Assembly: GCA_950097015.1 (NCBI GenBank)
Contig: CATNEN010000037.1
Coordinates: 4,154,001 to 4,218,000 of the forward strand
Direction of reading: 5' to 3'
Source of the DNA: Macrostomum hystrix
Lineage: Eukaryota; Animalia; Platyhelminthes
DNA: 64,000 bases
Position 1 is the stretch's first letter. The number at the start of each line of letters is the position of its first letter. The position numbers were made by a program, and so were the translations under genes. The notes below the pieces were generated by a model. The model did not search any database. It saw only the letters and a program-made list of their open reading frames with translations, and had not been told where the DNA came from. Positions 58,833-64,000 of the stretch are shown one piece after another.

Positions 58833-59465
58833 ATCTGGGTGATCTACAGAAATCTGGGTGATCTACAGAAATCTGAGTCATGTACATAAGTCTGGGTGAT
58901 CTACAGAAATCTGAGTCATGTACATAAGTCTGGGTGATCAACAGAAATTTGGGTGATCTACAGAAATCTGAGTCATGTACATAAGTCTGGGTGATCTACA
59001 GAAATCTGAGTCATGTACATAAGTCTGGGTGATCTACAGAAATCTGGGTGATCTAAAGAAATCTGGGTGATCTACAGAAATCTGAGTCATGTACATAAGT
59101 CTGGGTGATCTACAGAAATCTGAGTCATGTACATAAGTCTGGGTGATCTACAGAAATCTGAGTCATGTACATAAGTCTGGGTGATCTACAGAAATCTGAG
59201 TCATGTACATAAGTCTGGGTGATCTACAGAAATCTGGGTGATCTAAAGAAATCTGGGTGATCTACAGAAATCTGAGTCATCTACATAAGTCTGGGTGATC
59301 TACAGAAATCTGAGTCATGTACATAAGTCTGGGTGATCTACAGAAATCTGAGTCATGTACATAAGTCTGGGTGATCAACAGAAATTTGGGTGATCTACAG
59401 AAATCTGAGTCATGTACATAAGTCTGGGTGATCTACAGAAGTCTGGGCGATCTACAGAAATCTGG
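58833..59465. repeat. Composite 19/38-bp minisatellite (gaaatctgggtgatctaca and gaaatctgagtcatgtacataagtctgggtgatctaca)
   Basis: Two related subunits alternating. Confidence 0.95.
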
Positions 59466-60102
59466 ATCATCGAGAAATATATGGGTCATATACATAAATC
59501 TACGTTCTTAACTGAATTCGGTGTCATCAATTGAAATCTCGGTCTACAGTCACGAGTGAATAACAACACGAGTCAATAGATGCAAATCTACTCAGTAATT
59601 CTGAAACAAGGCGAAAAAAAAACAATTTAAAAAAAAATCTGAATTTTATTACTTAAGAGAACAACACTAGAACTAGTGGAAGCACAACTGTGCATCGCTG
59701 ATAGCATGTAGCCTATTGCAGCCACATATATTTGTACACAGCTTACAATGGATTAGCATGTCACAGTATTGAAAGGCGTTTTTGGTGCGACAAAATGCAG
59801 AACAGGTCGATATTAGCAAGGAAAAATACTGAAAAACTTGTCACATAAAAACACGTGCGGCCAGGATAGACATGACACAACTAATGAAGATGCAAGATAA
59901 TTGGATCTCGATTGCTTGAATTACACGAGAGTAAAGATATAAAAAATGAATCAAGATAAATGGCTTTGACTGCTATCAAATAGATAAGCGGTGTATTATT
60001 GCTTGGGCAAGCATTGATTAAACAAACAGGAGGTTAAAGTAAAATTATTATTTTTTAACGCAAGCATGAAGAAAGTGTCTCAATGAAGGTAAGAAATTAG
60101 TT

Positions 60103-62811
60103 TCACTGCTGCCAAAAATAGCCCTCCTGAAAGAATGAAGCGCCTTGCATCTGTGAATGCGGCTGCTGCTGCTGCTGCCTGGGATTTATAGAAAGAAATG
60201 GCGGGCTCCAAGGGTTGCAAGGCATCAAGGGGCGAACAAACGTAGAGAAGTTGTACAAACCGGCCCCCTGAAAGAAGCTCGACTGCATCATCATTAGCGA
60301 CGGCGCAGGCTGGCCCTGAAGGTGTCCTACTGGCAAATTAAAAGGTGGCGCCGAGTTGGACACGGTGGAGTCGACAAAGTTGAAGACTTGCTGCTGCTGC
60401 TGATACTGCTGCGGTTCAATAGGCGACAAGCTGTCTGGCGGACGGGCCGGAAGCAGCGGGCGCAGGCCTGCATGGGCAGAGACAGTCAGAAATTTGTCCT
60501 GCTGCTGCTGCTGCTGTTGCCGCTGCTGCTGAATCGGCACAATAGGCGAAAAAAATGACAGCGCATTGGGATCCAGCTTGGACAAGGTGGAGCCAGAGTC
60601 GCGCTGAAGCCCTGGTCAATTGACAATGCAGGTGAAATCAAAGTAAAAATGATTAAAATCACAAATTATAAAAACTATTGAAACACGCAGAAAACTTTTG
60701 CTTGCAAAAACAACAGCGAAAACACTTTTTCAGACACGACACGATGCCGCAATGGCGAAGCTGGAAATCTCAAAACTGGCTATTACTGTACCTCCGTGCT
60801 AGCTACTACTAAAAACTCACGCTGCGGAGTTTTTGATTGGTCGCAATCTTCGTCGCTGCTATCTGATGTCTGCTGATGCTGCATGCAGTACTGCTGCAGC
60901 TGCACGGTGCATTTAGTCAGCCTAGCCAAAGCGGAGGCGCAGCCTAGCCGCCTAATGCTAGCCAGGTCGGCGCGAACTCCATCCAAGATGCTGGCTGCTG
61001 CAGAGATTTTCTGCTTTGGCCCGAGTTTCTCAGGCGCGGGACACAGGCTGCTGCTGACATTGGGAATCCAGTCCCCTAGGAATTTTGTTATTTGTTATGT
61101 TAGAGTGCACCGATGTGCAAAAAGAAACGCTAAGCTTTTAAGCCCAAAGAAATCTTCTTAAGGTGTGCTTGACTAAATAGAGCTTAATAGAGTCTTATGG
61201 TTATTAAGTTATTTAAAATCACAGATAAAAGTGCAAGACTTAAAAATAGTAGATTTCTTATCATTTACCTTCACTTCTAGCTTCGCTAGCATCGTCCAGC
61301 GGTTGATGGCCGTCAAACTGATCACTGTTGTGGTCGTCAAGAAGGAAGTCTTTAGAGTCTGTAAGGTATTAATAAAATGGTATAGCTTTATGTGCAGTCG
61401 GGTTTAGAAACCTCTTTACAGAAAGGATCCGGTTTGCCCAGATATAAAAATGCTCCAGGTGAGAAAATCTGGATTCGGATAGATTTACCGGACCCAGTTT
61501 GACTGTGACATATCTGACCCACAAAACAATACTGCTAAAATCTATTCTTTAAACAGCTGGTACAAAATCAACAACATCATTGAAGATTATAATTTAATCA
61601 TAAAAATAATGGACTACAGTTGTGCAGATGACAGCTGAAGGTGCGCGGCGTACCCAATAAAGGCTGCGTACGACTGTTCAGTCCATGGACTGGGGATGCG
61701 CCACACACACCCTTAATTACCACTGCTAATGCTGGTACTCATTTTTAAAGCAACCCAGAGTAAAGTGTCTTTGCGAAAGGACACAAATTGTTTCGGTAAA
61801 GTCGGGAATCGAACCCCGAACCTCCAAGCCGAAAGTACGACTCTTTAACCACTAGACGACAACCCCCTAGTGGTGCTTATAGTTAACTGAAATTGTTCTT
61901 AGCCGAACAGAGCTGCGTGTCTAATTGGCAAGCAAGTTCAACTAAAAAATGTGCTTAATAAATGAGTCAATGCGCTTAAAGACAGCAAACATACTTTAAT
62001 ACAAATTCAAAAACGCGAAGTAATCATAGTTAAAGTGCAAGGATATAAAAAAGTAGATTTCTTGTCATTTACCTTCACTTCTAGCTTTAGGACCATCGTC
62101 CAGCGGTTGATGGCCGTCAAACTGGTTGCGGTCGTCAAGAAGGAAGTCTTTCGAGTCTGTAAGGTATTAATAAAATGAAATATTTATGCAGTATTTAGCA
62201 TGTAGGTCGTATTTAAAAAGTCAATGTAGCAAAGTGGGAAAAAGCCTGTTTCAGGCAGAAATATCTTTACAGGAACGGATCTACCAGGAGAGAAAATCTG
62301 TATCCTCTAATTTGTAATTTAATAATAATAACTTATTAAACTTGTTTCATTTGGGCAAGATGTGCAGCCGACAGTTCAATGTGCAAGGCGCGGCGCCTCT
62401 GAAGGCTGCGTACGGCCGTTCAGTCCATGGACAGGGGACGCGCCACACCCACCCTAAATTACCCCAGCTAATGCTGGTACTGGTACCCATTCAACAGCTA
62501 AGTGAACTAAAGCAACGCAGAGTTAATTGTCTTTCGAAAGGACACAAACAGTTGCGGTAAATTCGAGAATCGAACTCCCAACCTTGTAGTCGTAAGTCTG
62601 ATATCTAACCACAAGGGTACAGCCCCCTAGACGTGTTTTTAAAAATAATCAAAACGCGAAGTACTGTTAGATAAAAGTGCATGGATATAAAAAGATTCGA
62701 TTTGATGTCATTTACCTTCACTTCTAGCTTCGCTAGCATCGTCCAGCAGTTGATGGCCGTCAAACTGATCACTGTGCTGGTTGTGGTCGTCAAGAAGGAA
62801 GTCTTTGGAGT
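60103..62811 (-). CDS. 3' part of an uncharacterised Gln/Pro-rich protein sharing a helical motif with the LOTUS-Tudor gene; 5' exons not identified
   Basis: Phase-1 exons 62811-62716, 62156-62073, 61358-61269 (triplicate), 61075-60821 and 60611-60103 all join in frame at GT-AG sites. Confidence 0.7.
61670..61865 (-). mobile_element. tRNA-derived SINE, family B copy 1
   Basis: gctggtactc...tgtctttgcgaaaggacacaa...gggaatcgaacccc...taaccactagac is an antisense tRNA head (B-box ggttcgattccc) plus body. A second copy is at 62415-62612 and a short 3'-end remnant at about 12150. Confidence 0.7.
62415..62612 (-). mobile_element. tRNA-derived SINE, family B copy 2
   Basis: Diverged homologue of 61670-61865, part of the tandem segmental duplication. 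Confidence 0.7.
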
Positions 62812-63419
62812 CTGTAAGGTATTAATAAGATGAAATAGTAAACCTGGAAAACTAAAAAATAAGAGACTGGACCGTTATATTTCAGGAAAAGTTTCCTGAC
62901 GAACTTTTCGATGGGTCAAAGCCCTTAGATCTTGTCAACTGCAGCCCTCATAACCCCCGAGGTCATAACACTTGCCAGCCTTATAGCTTTCAGGTGACCT
63001 AAGTGTTAATATTTGACTATTTCAAAATATTATTTGACTGGACAGAATTTTCTCACCATTTTTCTCAGATTGGCAATTGCTCTGGATCCTTTTATAGTGT
63101 TCCTTTGCGATGCTCTGAAATAATAAAGACTACAAAGTTGTGCGCCTGGTTTGACAGTTCGCACAATTACAAAGGAAGGGCAAAAAAAACACCTACAGAA
63201 ATCTGAATCGGCATTTTTCCGAGTGACTTCTCGCAGAATAACGACAGAAACGAGCCGCTATCACCAGTTAGATACACGGAATACGGTGCCTCCGACTAAA
63301 ATATAAAAATATTTGTAGACTAGTGAAATCAGCATCAGCAGCTAAAGAAATATTGACAAGGTGAGAAAATACTAGGAAACTGGAAGAGGGAAGACAATTT
63401 TACAAACTAATAGAACCGA

Positions 63420-63937
63420 TCTGAAGATCAGGGAGAGTGGCTAAGGATCAGGGAGAGTAGCTGAAGATCAAGGAGAGTAGCTAAGGATCAGGGAGAGTGG
63501 CTAAGGATCAGGGAGAGTGGCTGAAGATCAGGGAGAGTGGCTGAAGATCAGGGAGAGTGGCTGAAGATCAGGGAGAGTGGCTGAAGATCAGGGAGAGTAG
63601 CTGAAGATCAGGGAGAGTGGCTGAAGATCAGGGAGAGTAGCTGAAGATCAGGGAGAGTGGCTGAAGATCAGGGAGAGTAGCTGAAGATCGGGGGGAGTGG
63701 CTGAAGAACAGGGAGAGTGGCTGAAGATCAGGGAGAGTGGCTGATGATTAGGTAGAGTGGCTAAGGATCAGGGAGAGTAGCTGAAGATCAGGGAGAGTGG
63801 CTGAAGATCAGGGAGAGTGGCTGATGATTAGGTAGAGTGGCTAAGGATCAGGGAGAGTAGCTGAAGATCAGGGAGAGTGGCTGATGATTAGGTAGAGTGG
63901 CTAAGGATCAGGTAGAGTGGCTAAGGATCAGGGAGAG
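63420..63937. repeat. 20-bp minisatellite (ggctgaagatcagggagagt)n
   Basis: About 26 copies. Confidence 0.95.
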
Positions 63938-64000
63938 AGGGAAACGTATGGGCAATAAATCAATGAAGTCATTACTAACCAGGTTTACCTGGGGCTCCAT

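Overview
Eukaryotic (animal) genomic DNA with GT-AG introns, GC3-rich exons, polyQ tracts and about 25 unrelated micro/minisatellite arrays, many inside introns. The style suggests a free-living flatworm such as Macrostomum (inference only). Genes reconstructed by eye: a tandem-C2 synaptotagmin-like gene (-), an orphan gene of about 390 aa (-), major vault protein MVP (+, two single-base frameshifts that look like assembly errors), an intronless universal stress protein (-), SEC61 gamma (+), an Abl-family kinase (+), a 3xLOTUS-Tudor (TDRD5/7-like) gene (-), a UROD homologue with broken catalytic signatures (-), and the 3' part of a gene (-) related to the Tudor gene's C-terminus. Mobile DNA includes Merlin, Crypton-like, Mutator-like and Tc1/IS630-like remnants and two tRNA-SINE families. 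Best leads: (1) the probable UROD pseudo-enzyme, lying between two genes that share a helical motif I do not recognise, one also carrying a PAM2-like motif and a frame-preserving triplicated exon; (2) an Abl with an Ala gatekeeper and no SH2-kinase linker prolines. No database search was run; exon boundaries and family calls come from manual reading and recalled consensus motifs.
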